Below, piece by piece: positions 44,701 through 55,597 of a DNA stretch of 64,000 nt. The notes under the pieces are model-generated. The model did no database searches. It was not told the origin of the DNA and was given only the letters and a program-made list of their open reading frames with translations. The translations under genes were made by a program, and so were the position numbers. The first letter of the stretch is position 1; each line of letters begins with the position of its first letter. This stretch comes from Verrucomicrobiales bacterium. Its GTDB lineage: Bacteria > Verrucomicrobiota > Verrucomicrobiia > Verrucomicrobiales > V1-33. The stretch is taken from NCBI GenBank assembly GCA_031411295.1, contig JANOAV010000091.1, positions 13,838 to 77,837 of the forward strand. Direction: 5' to 3'.

Positions 44701-46983
44701 ATGCTTCGCAGCGTCCTTTTCTTATTAACCTTGCTACCCGCAGTCGCCTTCGGCAAAGAAGCCGCCAAGGGAGAGATGCAAGTCACAGCAGCCGACCGCC
44801 AGCATTGGGCATTTCAGCCATTGCGGACCGTGGCCGTGCCCGCCTCGCCTGATCCGGGCTGGACCCGCACGGAAGTTGATTCGTTTATTCGCCAAGCGCA
44901 GGCAGCCAAAGGCCTCACCCCATCCCCCGCCGCCGATGCGCGCACGCTGATCCGTCGTCTCTACTATGATGTGATTGGCCTGCCGCCCCGGCCGGAGGAA
45001 ATGCAGCGCTGGCTGGAGCATTTGGCGAAAACTCCGACCGCGGTCGCGCCCCTGATCGAAGAGTTGCTGGCGAACCCGCACTATGGCGAACGCTGGGCCC
45101 GCCACTGGCTGGACGTGGCGCGCTATGCTGATAGCAATGGCATGGAAGGGGACGATGACCGCCCCACTGCCTATCATTTCCGTGACTTTGTGATCCGAGC
45201 GTTCAACGATGATATGCCGTGCGATCAATTCATGCGCTGGCAGTTGGCGGGTGATGAGCTGAACCCGGACAATCCCCAAGCGATTGCTGCGACTGGGTTC
45301 CTCGTAGCCGGCACTAGCATCATTCTGAATGTGCCCATGGAGGAGGAGAAGCTTCGCACCCGAGCCAATGAGTTGGACGACATCGTCTCCACCACCGGTC
45401 AAGCCATGCTGGGGCTGACGCTGGCCTGCGCGCGTTGTCACGACCACAAATATGATCCGCTCCCCACACGGGATTATTATCGCCTCATGAGCATCTTCAA
45501 CAGTGGCGACCGCAAGGAGGTGCCGTTGGCTTCGGCTGCTGAGGTTGCATCGCAAGCCAAGGCGATGACCGAGTGGAAGCAACAATTCGACTCCGCCACT
45601 CAGGCCCGCTCAGCCTGGCTCAAGCATCCCCGGCCTGCCCTGGCCGAACAACTGCGCACGACGAGAATTTCCCAACTTCCCATTTCCGACGAAGAGAAGC
45701 AGTTGCTAACCAGCAAGCCCGATGAACCAAAAACCAAAGAGTTGGCCCAACGTTTCAAAAAGCAGCTGCAAGCCGAAGACCCTGCGGCCATCAAGGCCCT
45801 GTTGGTGGCGGAGCAAGCACACTGGCAGGAATTGGAGGAGCGGGTGCAGAAACTCAATGCCAACAAGCCCAGCGCGTTACCTAAGACCTTTGCCTTTGCA
45901 GATTTCGCGGCAGAACCCCGAGAATCCTGGCTCTTCGAGCGAGGAGATTTCATGGCGCGAAACCAAAAGGTCAACATGGGCTTCCTTACGGTGCTCCAGC
46001 AGAACAAGCCGGCGGAAGCCTACTGGCAATCCGCCCGCGCCTCCATCCTTCATCCGGGCAGCACCCAGCAACGACGCGCCTTGGCGGACTGGATGACGGA
46101 CCTTGATGACGGGGCCGGTCGGTTGCTGGCCCGCGTGTTCGTGAATCGCGTCTGGCAGCATCACTTTGGCGAAGGTTTGGTGCGCAGCGTCAGCGACTTC
46201 GGCACGCGGGGCGAGAAACCTTCCCATCCAGAGTTGCTGGAGTGGCTGACATCCTATTTCATCAGCCATGGCTGGAGCCTGAAGGACTTGCATCGCATCA
46301 TCCTCAGCAGCGCAACCTATCAGCAGGCGGCCGGATTTGATGAGAAGAAAGCTGCGATTGATCCTGAGAATCGACTTCTCTGGCAGCGTCGGCCATTGCG
46401 AGTGGAAGCAGAAATCCTGCGCGACTCCATGCTAGCCGTAGCCGGAACCCTGAACCCCACCATGTTCGGCCCCAGCTTCAAGCCGCCCATTCCATCGGAA
46501 GCCCTGCAAGCCCGCAACGTGAAACAGCCCTACCCCAAGGACGCGCAGGACACGGCGGAGACCCGCCGACGCACGATTTATCTGTTTCACAAACGAGTCG
46601 TGCAATATCCGCTGATGCAAGCATTCGATGCTCCGGATGCGCAACAAAGTTGCGGCCGCAGAATGAACACCACGGTCGCCCCGCAAGCGCTCGCCATGCT
46701 GAATGATCCCTTCGTCCGCCTGCGCGCCGAGGAACTCGCAACGCAATTGCAATCCACCCCTGACAACACTGTGGAAAACAAGGTGCAACTGGCGTTTCAG
46801 CGCTGTTTCAATCGTGCGCCAACGCCCGCAGAACTTACGGCAGCGACTGGATTTATCGGCACGCAAACCACTTCCCGCCAAGCGCGTGACGTCTCGCAAA
46901 CTGCTGCCAGCATGGAGTTGCTGGCGCTCACGGATTTTTGCCAATCGTTGTTTGGCCTGAACGAATTTATTTATATCGACTAG
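44701..46983 (+). CDS. DUF1549/DUF1553 (PSCyt2/PSD1) protein
   Basis: HWAFQP, LIRRLYYDVIGLPP, YGERWARHWLDVARYADS, LACARCHDHKYDP (CxxCH), VNRVWQHHFGEGLV, PSHPELLEWL, RRTIY, QALAMLND. Confidence 0.93.
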   Translation: MLRSVLFLLTLLPAVAFGKEAAKGEMQVTAADRQHWAFQPLRTVAVPASPDPGWTRTEVDSFIRQAQAAKGLTPSPAADARTLIRRLYYDVIGLPPRPEEMQRWLEHLAKTPTAVAPLIEELLANPHYGERWARHWLDVARYADSNGMEGDDDRPTAYHFRDFVIRAFNDDMPCDQFMRWQLAGDELNPDNPQAIAATGFLVAGTSIILNVPMEEEKLRTRANELDDIVSTTGQAMLGLTLACARCHDHKYDPLPTRDYYRLMSIFNSGDRKEVPLASAAEVASQAKAMTEWKQQFDSATQARSAWLKHPRPALAEQLRTTRISQLPISDEEKQLLTSKPDEPKTKELAQRFKKQLQAEDPAAIKALLVAEQAHWQELEERVQKLNANKPSALPKTFAFADFAAEPRESWLFERGDFMARNQKVNMGFLTVLQQNKPAEAYWQSARASILHPGSTQQRRALADWMTDLDDGAGRLLARVFVNRVWQHHFGEGLVRSVSDFGTRGEKPSHPELLEWLTSYFISHGWSLKDLHRIILSSATYQQAAGFDEKKAAIDPENRLLWQRRPLRVEAEILRDSMLAVAGTLNPTMFGPSFKPPIPSEALQARNVKQPYPKDAQDTAETRRRTIYLFHKRVVQYPLMQAFDAPDAQQSCGRRMNTTVAPQALAMLNDPFVRLRAEELATQLQSTPDNTVENKVQLAFQRCFNRAPTPAELTAATGFIGTQTTSRQARDVSQTAASMELLALTDFCQSLFGLNEFIYID

Positions 46984-46989
46984 CACACC

Positions 46990-48405
46990 ATGGCCCTCAC
47001 TTCACATTGCGGACGCTTCGCTCCCGTTACTTCCCGACGCGATTTCCTGAGGAAGGCGGGCGCTGGATTCGGCACCCTGGCGCTGGCGGACTTGCTGGGA
47101 AAATGCAACCTGCTCGCGGACGAACCCTCTGCCCTGAACCCACTGGCACCCCGGGCCTCGCAGTATGCGGCCAAAGCCAAGTCCATTATTTGGCTCTTCA
47201 TGGAAGGCGCCCCCAGCATCGTGGACCTCTTCGATCCCAAGCCTGAGCTGACCAAACGCCACGGCCAACGCATCGACATTGACGTCTTCAATGGTAATCC
47301 CGGACCGCTCATGAAGTCACCATTTAGCTTCCAGCAATACGGCCAGACGGGCACGTTCGTCTGCGAACATTATCCTAACGTGGCGAAGCATGTGGATGAT
47401 TTTGCTTTCATCAAGTCGTGCTACAGTGAGTCCAACGATCACGTTCCCGCCCTCTATCAAATCAACACCGGCATCCCCCGTCCGGGCTTTCCCAGTGCCG
47501 GATCGTGGGTCACGTATGGGCTTGGTTCGGAGAACAGCAGCCTGCCGGGCTATGTGGTGTTGGGAAATAATCAGGGCGTCAAAGGGGGGAACTTAAACTG
47601 GAGTTCGGGCTTCCTGCCCACCAGCTATCAAGGGACGCTCTTCCGTCCCGAAGGTGCACCCGTCATTAATTTGAATCGTCCCGGAAATGTCACGCGTCAG
47701 GATCAACGCGCCCAGCTCGATCTCATGGCCCAACTCAATCAACGCCATCTCGAGGCCAAGCCGGGGGAAGCCGAGTTGCTGGGGCGTATTCAAAGTTTCG
47801 AGTTGGCATATCGCATGCAGTCCGAAGCCACGGATCTGGTGGACTTCAGCAAGGAATCGACAGCTACTCGGGAAATGTATGGCCTGGAGAAGGACGAGAC
47901 GCGTTCGTTCGGCTCCAAGTGCCTCATGGCACGTCGGTTGGTCGAACGTGGGGTGCGCTTTGTGCAGGTCTATAGCGATGGCGAATGGGATGCCCACAGT
48001 GACCTGAATGGAAATCACAAAGGCCACTGTCGGGCCACGGATCAGCCGATTCATGCTCTGCTCACGGACCTCAAGCGCACCGGGCTGATCAATGACACGT
48101 TAGTGATCTGGGGCGGTGAGTTTGGGCGGATGCCGGTGTCGCAAGGAAACGGCGGTCGCGATCACAATCCTCATGGGTTCGGCATGTTCATGACCGGGGC
48201 GGGCATCAAGCCGGGAGCCAGCTATGGCGAGCTTGACGAAATCGGATTCAAAGCCGCAGTGGACCGCGTTTCGGTGCACGATCTGCACGCCACCATGCTG
48301 CATCTGTTGGGGATCAACCACGAGCAACTAACGTATTTCCACAACAGTCGAACCTACCGCCTGACGGATGTGGCCGGGGATGTGCTTCACGAGATCTTAG
48401 CCTGA
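46990..48405 (+). CDS. DUF1501 family protein (Tat-exported, sulfatase-like fold)
   Basis: SRRDFL, AKSIIWLFMEGAPS, GSWVTYGLGSEN, FELAYRMQ, ARRLVERGVRFVQ, WGGEFGRMP, GRDHNP, RLTDVAG. Confidence 0.93.
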   Translation: MALTSHCGRFAPVTSRRDFLRKAGAGFGTLALADLLGKCNLLADEPSALNPLAPRASQYAAKAKSIIWLFMEGAPSIVDLFDPKPELTKRHGQRIDIDVFNGNPGPLMKSPFSFQQYGQTGTFVCEHYPNVAKHVDDFAFIKSCYSESNDHVPALYQINTGIPRPGFPSAGSWVTYGLGSENSSLPGYVVLGNNQGVKGGNLNWSSGFLPTSYQGTLFRPEGAPVINLNRPGNVTRQDQRAQLDLMAQLNQRHLEAKPGEAELLGRIQSFELAYRMQSEATDLVDFSKESTATREMYGLEKDETRSFGSKCLMARRLVERGVRFVQVYSDGEWDAHSDLNGNHKGHCRATDQPIHALLTDLKRTGLINDTLVIWGGEFGRMPVSQGNGGRDHNPHGFGMFMTGAGIKPGASYGELDEIGFKAAVDRVSVHDLHATMLHLLGINHEQLTYFHNSRTYRLTDVAGDVLHEILA

Positions 48406-48407
48406 GC

Positions 48408-49502
48408 TTACTTTAAATCGGCAATGATTTCTCCCGCCAACTGATCCAAGGCAGCAGCGGCCTTGTCCCCACCTTGGTTCGTGACAACGGCAAAGCCAAA
48501 ATGTTTCTTAGGGGCCAGCCAGGTGATGACATAATTCATGGTGTTAGTTCCCGCATGAGTCAACGCCTGCCCTCCGGCCCAAGGCCGCTCTGCCAGCAGC
48601 CAACCAGCCTCGTAGGCAGGCTCGCCTGGGTCCGACTGCACTTGTGCGGTGTGCATGTGAGTAAACGCCGCGGCTGGTAAAATGCCAGGGCAAGATTTAC
48701 CGGCGGTGAGGTGCCACTGGGCGTATTTGGCATAATCGGCCAAGCTCATGTGAGCCGTGCCCGCAGGTCCCAAGCCCCGTGGATTGTCGTCTCCCGGGCC
48801 AGGTGGCATGGGCTTTCCTTTCCCGTCATGGCCCCAGGGTTGATCTTCTTTTCCTGCCGTGCCAGGCATACCAAAGCCTCCACTGGCAATGCCCAAGGGC
48901 TTCCAGAGCTTGCTTTGGATCAGCGTTTCCCAGTCCTGACGGGTCTTGCTTTCCAGCATGTATCCGGCGGTGGCGAACCCCAAGTTGGAATACTGGTATC
49001 GACCCAGCGGCTGCGGCGGTGGCTTCTTTAAATTCTCCGTCACCCACCACTGACGCGCCTCCCGCGGAGAGCCTCGTTGGAGCGTGAATTCCCGCCAGAA
49101 TCGGCCATCGTGCCCCATGCCCGCGCGATGCTCCATAAGCTGCTGCAGGGTCACGGGCGCAAAATCGGGATGCGTGTTAGGGATCGTTTCGCCAATGGTG
49201 GTGTCCCAGCGTAATTTCCCTTCATGGATCAGAATGGCCGCCAGACTTGCCGTCATTGATTTGGTGTTCGATCCAAGGTGCCAGCGATCCTCCACCGTGG
49301 CTGGAGTCTTTCCTCCAGCCTTACGCAGCCCGCGCACTGCCAGGGCTAACGTTTTGTCATCCGTAAACACCACCGCGCCCAGGGCCGGCAGTTTGTCTTT
49401 GGATAAATGAGCCTCCAGCAGTTTGACTAGCTTGTCAGAGGAAATCGACTGAGCCTGTGCCAGGGAGGCCCAGAGCGTGAGCAGGAGGAGCGGAAATTTC
49501 AT
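48408..49502 (-). CDS. Serine hydrolase, beta-lactamase class C-like family
   Basis: Signal peptide; LGSNTKS (SxxK), YQYSN (YxN), THAGTN. Confidence 0.9.
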   Translation of the reverse strand: MKFPLLLLTLWASLAQAQSISSDKLVKLLEAHLSKDKLPALGAVVFTDDKTLALAVRGLRKAGGKTPATVEDRWHLGSNTKSMTASLAAILIHEGKLRWDTTIGETIPNTHPDFAPVTLQQLMEHRAGMGHDGRFWREFTLQRGSPREARQWWVTENLKKPPPQPLGRYQYSNLGFATAGYMLESKTRQDWETLIQSKLWKPLGIASGGFGMPGTAGKEDQPWGHDGKGKPMPPGPGDDNPRGLGPAGTAHMSLADYAKYAQWHLTAGKSCPGILPAAAFTHMHTAQVQSDPGEPAYEAGWLLAERPWAGGQALTHAGTNTMNYVITWLAPKKHFGFAVVTNQGGDKAAAALDQLAGEIIADLK

Positions 49503-50182
49503 ACGGCGGGTGGGATCGTGAGCGGCGGGATCCTTTCGTAGAACCGCAACGCCTCAATCTTATCCGTCAGATCCTTCAGTGGGTAAATGCCTTTTTTTCC
49601 GCCCGCACCGGGATCGCGGATCAGGTAATCGTGACCCTCCTTACCGCAGATGACCACGAAGTGCGTGATGCCGCGTTCGCCATTAGGGCCGTCCGGGTAG
49701 CGCAGCCGAATGATCACCGGGTTGCCCACTTTGAGATTGCGATCGATCAATTTATACGTCGGCACATCTTCATAGAGAAACTGCACCTTGGTAGGGGCCA
49801 GATCACACGCCACCTCCCATTTCAACCAACCTTCCGGCGTATAGCCTTCATGCTTTTGGAGAAATTTATTCAAACTCTGCGGCTCAGTATCGATGCCGTA
49901 ATAGTAAAGGATCATGGCCACCGAAGTCAGCGCACAACCGGCACTACCCAGCGTGTCCCCACTCTGTCCCCAGGCCAGCGGATCCTTGCTCCAGCGGGGA
50001 TCGGCTTGCCGGAAGAGGCTGACGGGCAAGACCAGCTTCTTAAAAAAATACTCACCCCCGCTGGAATTAATGCGCGTGTCCACGACCTTCGGCACCGGGG
50101 GCACCGGCGGAGGCTCGGAGAAGTAGCGGTAGAACCCGTAGGTGGCACCGCAGAAAATCAGCAGCAGGAAAAAGTTTCTCAT
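49499..50182 (-). CDS. Membrane-anchored C39-like cysteine peptidase
   Basis: FRQADPRW, GCALTSVAM (catalytic Cys), THFVVICG (His), IRDP. Stop overlaps the next start (ATGA). Start reassigned to MRNFF. Confidence 0.85.
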   Translation of the reverse strand: MRNFFLLLIFCGATYGFYRYFSEPPPVPPVPKVVDTRINSSGGEYFFKKLVLPVSLFRQADPRWSKDPLAWGQSGDTLGSAGCALTSVAMILYYYGIDTEPQSLNKFLQKHEGYTPEGWLKWEVACDLAPTKVQFLYEDVPTYKLIDRNLKVGNPVIIRLRYPDGPNGERGITHFVVICGKEGHDYLIRDPGAGGKKGIYPLKDLTDKIEALRFYERIPPLTIPPAV

Positions 50183-50380
50183 GTGTCGCAAAACTACGCG
50201 CATTGCAGGCGGAACCTTGCATGAGAAATGCACGGTGGAAACTGAAAATCATCAGCGGTGCCGCCGAGATAACCAGCAACTTGAACGCGATGGCTTGGAA
50301 AATCAGTCTGGCTACGCTGGCTGAAGACTGTGGCTCCGACGGATGATAGCTCTCGAATCGGGATGGCCCGTTCCTTTCTG

Positions 50381-53300
50381 CTAGTTGGCACCGTTGTTTG
50401 CCTGCTGCATTTCCAAACGCAATTGTTCGAGGACCTTCTGTTGGGATACTGAAGCAGCTTCGATTTCTTGCCTGCATTTTGAGAATGCCCGCGTCTCGTT
50501 TTCCCCTGGCCAACCCGGGTAGGTTCTTAGAATCTCCCTAGCAAATTCACTTGCGGCACCTTGGTTTAGTTGGTTCCAAAATTCTTCGCGTTGCAATTGA
50601 TCATTGCGATCCCTGCCTGTTAGCAGAAATTGCCCTAACTGGCTCCGTCCATTCCCAGAAGGATTCGGCATGGGGTCGAAGTCGGCGGGACCATTCAGCC
50701 ATCCATAAGCCTTGAAAGTGGCGGTCATGGGGAAATGATACTTGCGATTGCGGGCCAGCTCATCCCAAGCCCAACCTACATCTGCCGATTTCAATGGTGC
50801 TACGAATTCCGATTTGAATACTTCCAATAGCCAACGGCAAAATTGAGGATCTTCACTGGCTGGGCTGCCGACGTAGCCCAACCAAGCTGCCACTGCAGGA
50901 TGACTCCGATTTCGCAAGTGTTCGCGACGCGACTCCTTCGGCCCAAGGCACCGTGCTGTGATGGGAGCGAAGAACGCAGCGGCTGCCTCCGGTCCCTGTC
51001 GTTGGAACAACCGCTCGGTTTGGAAAGCGAACGCCGTATGCAGCCGAAGTTCCTGGCTGTCTGGGTTGATTTTGCGATCCTCCCACGTGAGCGGAAGTGT
51101 AGGGATTTCTGATTCTACCAGCTTTCCAAAATCGAACGGAAGGTTCCGGATGAATGACACTTCCTCCACCCAGGCTGCGGAGCCATCTCCGCGCAGAATG
51201 CGTCGAATCACGTCGGGAAAATCTGTGGGATCGCAAAAATACAAGTCACGTGTGAGTTTCATCTGCTGGCCCCAAATGATGGCATAAGGAGACGGGCTTT
51301 GCTCCAGTTTTGGAATGATCCTGTCCAGCACTGCAGGTGAATGCGTCTGCATGGCATGATGGAGCAAGGTGTCGGCCGCACCTGCAGGATCGTCCTCGGG
51401 TCGATACCGCAGAATGGGAATTGTTTGCCATTGATAAATTTTGGCACTGGCCAGCAATGCAGTTTCCGCCAGCGGAACCATTTCTTCAAGGGGCGGTGGC
51501 GTAGCACCTGCCAGTCCTTTTCCCTGCTGAATCACCGCAAACGCCGTGTTAGCAGCTTGGGGGATCTCAATGGCGACGCGACTCAAGGCCCGCTTGTCAG
51601 GAAGTTTGTCATTCCAATCACGGAGCAATCCATTGATCCACCCCATCCGGATCACATCGCGTTGCCAGTCCGGCAGGGTTTGCAAATATTCCACCACTTT
51701 GGCGAGGTGCGCTTCACGCTGATGCTCTGGCAGGACGATGTTATACAGTTGCGGTCGGTTTTGGAATGGTGCAAAGCCCCACTTCTGATAAAGCTCCGCA
51801 TTTCCTTCCCGTGCGTTTAACGATTGCATGGCGCAAGCCAGCAGGGTGCGGTCTCCGGGGCGCACAGCGAGGGCGTCTGTATAAACCGAAGCGGCCTCGA
51901 GTGGGGCGCCGATGGTGAGGTAAGCGTGATATTTCTCCACCACTGCCCGAGGGGTTGGGGTTGTCATCTGACTGATACGTTTTTTCAGGAGGGCATAGTC
52001 TTTGGGTTCTTCGGCGGGGGACGGGATGGGAGGGGTAGACACGCCACTTCCTCTCACAAGATCCACCACAGAGCGATGGAAGGCGGCCCAGTAGTCCGCA
52101 GAGATTTCCCCTCGGGCAAAACCGTCCGTGATTGGCGGTCGGGAATATTGCGAGTCAGTGGGCTGGAGCCATTCGGCAGGCACCAATTTTTTGAGGTTTG
52201 CGGGTATTTCGGGAAACGCTTGGATGGATTCCTTGGTCGGCTTGGGGTGCTGAAAATCTCTCAAGGGCACAAGCTGCGGCCAGGGCGGGTTGGTGGCGAC
52301 GGTCTTCTCATATTGTGCGCGAGACAGAGGATCGGCTCCCAAATGCATGATGGCGCGGGCGGCTAGATCAGGTCGAGATTTCTCGAACACACGAGACGCC
52401 TCACGGTAGGCTTCCCAGGTCGCTCCGGGACTGAGGAAGGCCAGCGTTGCCGCCTTGCCTTCTGCGGTCATTGGATCGCATTCCCAAATGGCGTTGGGAA
52501 AGATATCAAATTCCGCTTCCGTTCGGCCTGGCGCGGCAGTTCGGAGCAGAGCCTTGGCCGGAAACCCAATCTTCCATAGTTCGTCTTCAAGGCTCTTCCG
52601 CTCAGCTGGAGGCTGCTCACACCACAACGCAGACAAATGAGGGAAGGCAAAGGCCCATGCCTCCTCAAGTGAACTCGGAATCATCAAGCCATTGCCATGA
52701 TAGCGGGAAACCAGATCATGGTAAACATAGCTATAATCCCCGTCTTCCCTGCGGACATAGCCATAGGCATTCCAAACATCAGAAGTTCCGATGAACCACC
52801 GCACCCGCATGGCCTCGGCAGGGAAGGCTGGTGCGCCATTATCCCAGCGCCAGCCAACGGGGGCAAATGGATGTCTGCCGCCTCCATCAAATTCAATTGG
52901 ATAAATGGCAGGAAGGGGCGGATCGTAGGGCACGATATCGCGACGGATGGAGAGCAGTTTCACGAAACTGGCACCCGCAGCAGATAAGTTGCGTGCTTCC
53001 TCCTGAGCGCATCCCAAGAGGAAACGGTAACGATAGTTTTCCGGCTCCTTCTCGCACCAGGGCCCAAGGAAAGCTGCCGCCTTCTCCCACAGGCATTCCT
53101 CAAAATACAGCGCTGCGGTGGCGTCGACCTCGATATTGCGCAGATTGGACTTGCGGGCTAACTCATCCAGAATTTCCAAAGCCGCTTCATGCTGCCCTGA
53201 GTAAACATAGGCCCGGGCGAGCTGCAGTTTATTTTGCGGGCTGGGATGATCTTTTGCCAGCAGTTGCAGCATCTCTGTGGCCTCCCCGATTGCCCACATC

Positions 53301-53917
53301 CGCTGCGCCTGCCGAGCCCGTAGCAATTGAACGAGTTCATTTCCGGAATTGAGATCCCGTCCCCGCTCCACCCAATTGCCATCAATGGATACTTCCGCCG
53401 CACAGACTGGCCAGAGCAATTCTTTGGGATGTTGCAAGCATTGCCAAGTAAACCACGGTCTCGCGAACTCCTGCAGCTCATACGCTCCCATCTGCAAAGC
53501 CCAGGAAAATTTTTCCAAATCATCTGTCGCATGTTCGAAAAGCCATCGATAGTGCGCCAGCGACTCTTGCGGTCGATTGGCATTGGCACACAGCCCAGCC
53601 AAGCGGGCCCGGAGCGTTTTATTGGCAGGCAGTGCTTTCACAGCCCGACGCAGTATTTCCACCTCCGCCTCCCGATTCATCGGCCCTGACATTTGAGTAA
53701 GCGCCACTTCTTTTAACCAAGGTGCAGCGGCCTTGGGTTCCAGTTGCTTCCATTCGGAAATGAGGGACTTCACGCGGTCGGTATCCTGCACTAACCCAGC
53801 GTGGTCCAGTTCCTCCAGTAATTGAGGCAACCTTTCCGATGGAGTCGCCCACAACTGAGCCATGAAACCAACGACCAAGGCAGCGTGGATGAGCGGTGAA
53901 ATTCTGAAAAGTGACAT
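50381..53917 (-). CDS. Large exported TPR-containing protein
   Basis: Signal-like N-terminus; TPR-like helices (LRRAVKALPANKTLRARLAGL; LQLARAYVYSGQHEAALEILDEL; PENYRYRFLLGCAQEE). Confidence 0.7.
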   Translation of the reverse strand: MSLFRISPLIHAALVVGFMAQLWATPSERLPQLLEELDHAGLVQDTDRVKSLISEWKQLEPKAAAPWLKEVALTQMSGPMNREAEVEILRRAVKALPANKTLRARLAGLCANANRPQESLAHYRWLFEHATDDLEKFSWALQMGAYELQEFARPWFTWQCLQHPKELLWPVCAAEVSIDGNWVERGRDLNSGNELVQLLRARQAQRMWAIGEATEMLQLLAKDHPSPQNKLQLARAYVYSGQHEAALEILDELARKSNLRNIEVDATAALYFEECLWEKAAAFLGPWCEKEPENYRYRFLLGCAQEEARNLSAAGASFVKLLSIRRDIVPYDPPLPAIYPIEFDGGGRHPFAPVGWRWDNGAPAFPAEAMRVRWFIGTSDVWNAYGYVRREDGDYSYVYHDLVSRYHGNGLMIPSSLEEAWAFAFPHLSALWCEQPPAERKSLEDELWKIGFPAKALLRTAAPGRTEAEFDIFPNAIWECDPMTAEGKAATLAFLSPGATWEAYREASRVFEKSRPDLAARAIMHLGADPLSRAQYEKTVATNPPWPQLVPLRDFQHPKPTKESIQAFPEIPANLKKLVPAEWLQPTDSQYSRPPITDGFARGEISADYWAAFHRSVVDLVRGSGVSTPPIPSPAEEPKDYALLKKRISQMTTPTPRAVVEKYHAYLTIGAPLEAASVYTDALAVRPGDRTLLACAMQSLNAREGNAELYQKWGFAPFQNRPQLYNIVLPEHQREAHLAKVVEYLQTLPDWQRDVIRMGWINGLLRDWNDKLPDKRALSRVAIEIPQAANTAFAVIQQGKGLAGATPPPLEEMVPLAETALLASAKIYQWQTIPILRYRPEDDPAGAADTLLHHAMQTHSPAVLDRIIPKLEQSPSPYAIIWGQQMKLTRDLYFCDPTDFPDVIRRILRGDGSAAWVEEVSFIRNLPFDFGKLVESEIPTLPLTWEDRKINPDSQELRLHTAFAFQTERLFQRQGPEAAAAFFAPITARCLGPKESRREHLRNRSHPAVAAWLGYVGSPASEDPQFCRWLLEVFKSEFVAPLKSADVGWAWDELARNRKYHFPMTATFKAYGWLNGPADFDPMPNPSGNGRSQLGQFLLTGRDRNDQLQREEFWNQLNQGAASEFAREILRTYPGWPGENETRAFSKCRQEIEAASVSQQKVLEQLRLEMQQANNGAN

Positions 53918-54038
53918 GGTGGTAGAATATTCGAGATTGGGCGAATAACGCACCTGATTTATTCATGAGGAAATGATTCGCGTTGGGAATAAATTGCTGA
54001 CTGCTTGCTCTCATGCTAAGCACCATTACTCTGCATCC

Positions 54039-55007
54039 ATGAAATCTCCCAACGACCCCAAACCCAGCGAAATCACGCCCGAGGCCACATTTCTTAATCG
54101 ACGCCTTTTCATGCAGGGCGCGATCCTGGCTGGCAGCGGGCTGGCCACGGGTGGTTTATATTCCCTCTTCCGGCCTCAGGCCAACGCAGGGAATGCCACC
54201 AGCGCCCTCGCAACCGTGGCGGATCCGGCAATGATTCTCCCGCCGCTGCCAGCAGATGAACCTGCCAATTCCCTTAGCCAGATCACCAGTTATAACAACT
54301 ACTACGAATTTTCCACGGACAAGCTGAAGGTGGCAGAAAAGGCGAAGAATTTCGTCACTTCACCATGGCAAATCGAGGTCAGCGGACTGGTGCAGACACC
54401 CCGCACGTTCGGGCTGGAGGAAATCCTGAAGCTGGATCAGCAGGAGCGCATCTACCGTTTCCGTTGCGTGGAGGGATGGTCGATGGTGATTCCATGGGTG
54501 GGCTTTCCCTTATCCCAACTGCTAAAGCTGGTGGAACCTTTGGGCAAGGCCACGCACGTGGCATTCGAGACCTATCTGGATGCCAAGCAAATGCCGGATG
54601 CCGACCAGGCAGGCATTGATTTGCCTTATGTGGAAGGGTTGCGTCTGGATGAAGCGATGCACCCACTAACCATCCTGGCGACAGGCCTCTACGGCAAAAC
54701 TTTGCCGAATCAGAACGGAGCCCCCGTGCGCTTGGTGGTGCCGTGGAAATATGGATTTAAGAGCATCAAATCCATTGTCAGGATCAGACTAACCGACCAC
54801 GAGCCGACGACGACTTGGAAGAACGCCAATCCCGCTGAATACGGATTCTACTCTAACGTGAACCCTACCGTCGCCCATCCGCGCTGGTCCCAAGCCAGCG
54901 AACGCCGGATCGGTGAGATCTCGCGTCGCCCGACGCTGATGTTTAATGGCTACGCCGAACAAGTGGCCAAGCTCTACACTGGGATGGATTTGCAACACTA
55001 TTTCTAA
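54039..55007 (+). CDS. msrP: Protein-methionine-sulfoxide reductase catalytic subunit MsrP
   Basis: SEITPE..NRRLF Tat motif; [71 protein letters not shown]. Confidence 0.97.
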   Translation: MKSPNDPKPSEITPEATFLNRRLFMQGAILAGSGLATGGLYSLFRPQANAGNATSALATVADPAMILPPLPADEPANSLSQITSYNNYYEFSTDKLKVAEKAKNFVTSPWQIEVSGLVQTPRTFGLEEILKLDQQERIYRFRCVEGWSMVIPWVGFPLSQLLKLVEPLGKATHVAFETYLDAKQMPDADQAGIDLPYVEGLRLDEAMHPLTILATGLYGKTLPNQNGAPVRLVVPWKYGFKSIKSIVRIRLTDHEPTTTWKNANPAEYGFYSNVNPTVAHPRWSQASERRIGEISRRPTLMFNGYAEQVAKLYTGMDLQHYF

Positions 55008-55597
55008 TGGAAACAAAATTTCTCCGCTTCGTCGTCTTTGTTAACGGACTCATTCCAGCCGTGCTCATGGCCATCGATTGGCAGCGCGATAAGCTCGGCT
55101 CCAACAAAGTGGAGTTCGTGACCCGAGCCACGGGAGTGTTGGCGCTGGTTTTCCTGCTGTTAACCCTGGCCGTCACTCCGCTGCGTCAATTGTTGAAATG
55201 GCAATGGTTGCTGAAGCAGCGTCGGCTGCTGGGACTCATCGCTTTTGCCTACACCGTGGCGCATTTGTTCACTTATGTGGCGTGGGATCGGGACTGGAAA
55301 CTGGGCACCATTGCGGGCGATGTTTACCAGCGTCCGTTCATCGCGCTGGGCATGTTCAGTTTTCTGCTCATGGTGCCACTGGCGATTACCAGCACGGATA
55401 AAATGATCAAGCGCATGGGCGGGCCGCGTTGGGCCAAGCTTCATCGGATGACTTATTACATCGCGATCGGCGGAGTGCTGCACTATTATTTGATCGTGAA
55501 ATCTGACATCACCTATCCACTTATTTTTGGGGCGGTGTTAGCGCTGCTGCTGGGTTACCGGGTGATAAAGTCGCTGCGCAAACCATCAAGGAAATAA
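55007..55597 (+). CDS. msrQ: Heme-binding membrane subunit MsrQ
   Basis: TLAVTPLR, RRLLGL, PLAITS, WAKLHRMTY; overlaps the msrP stop (TAATG). Confidence 0.96.
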   Translation: METKFLRFVVFVNGLIPAVLMAIDWQRDKLGSNKVEFVTRATGVLALVFLLLTLAVTPLRQLLKWQWLLKQRRLLGLIAFAYTVAHLFTYVAWDRDWKLGTIAGDVYQRPFIALGMFSFLLMVPLAITSTDKMIKRMGGPRWAKLHRMTYYIAIGGVLHYYLIVKSDITYPLIFGAVLALLLGYRVIKSLRKPSRK

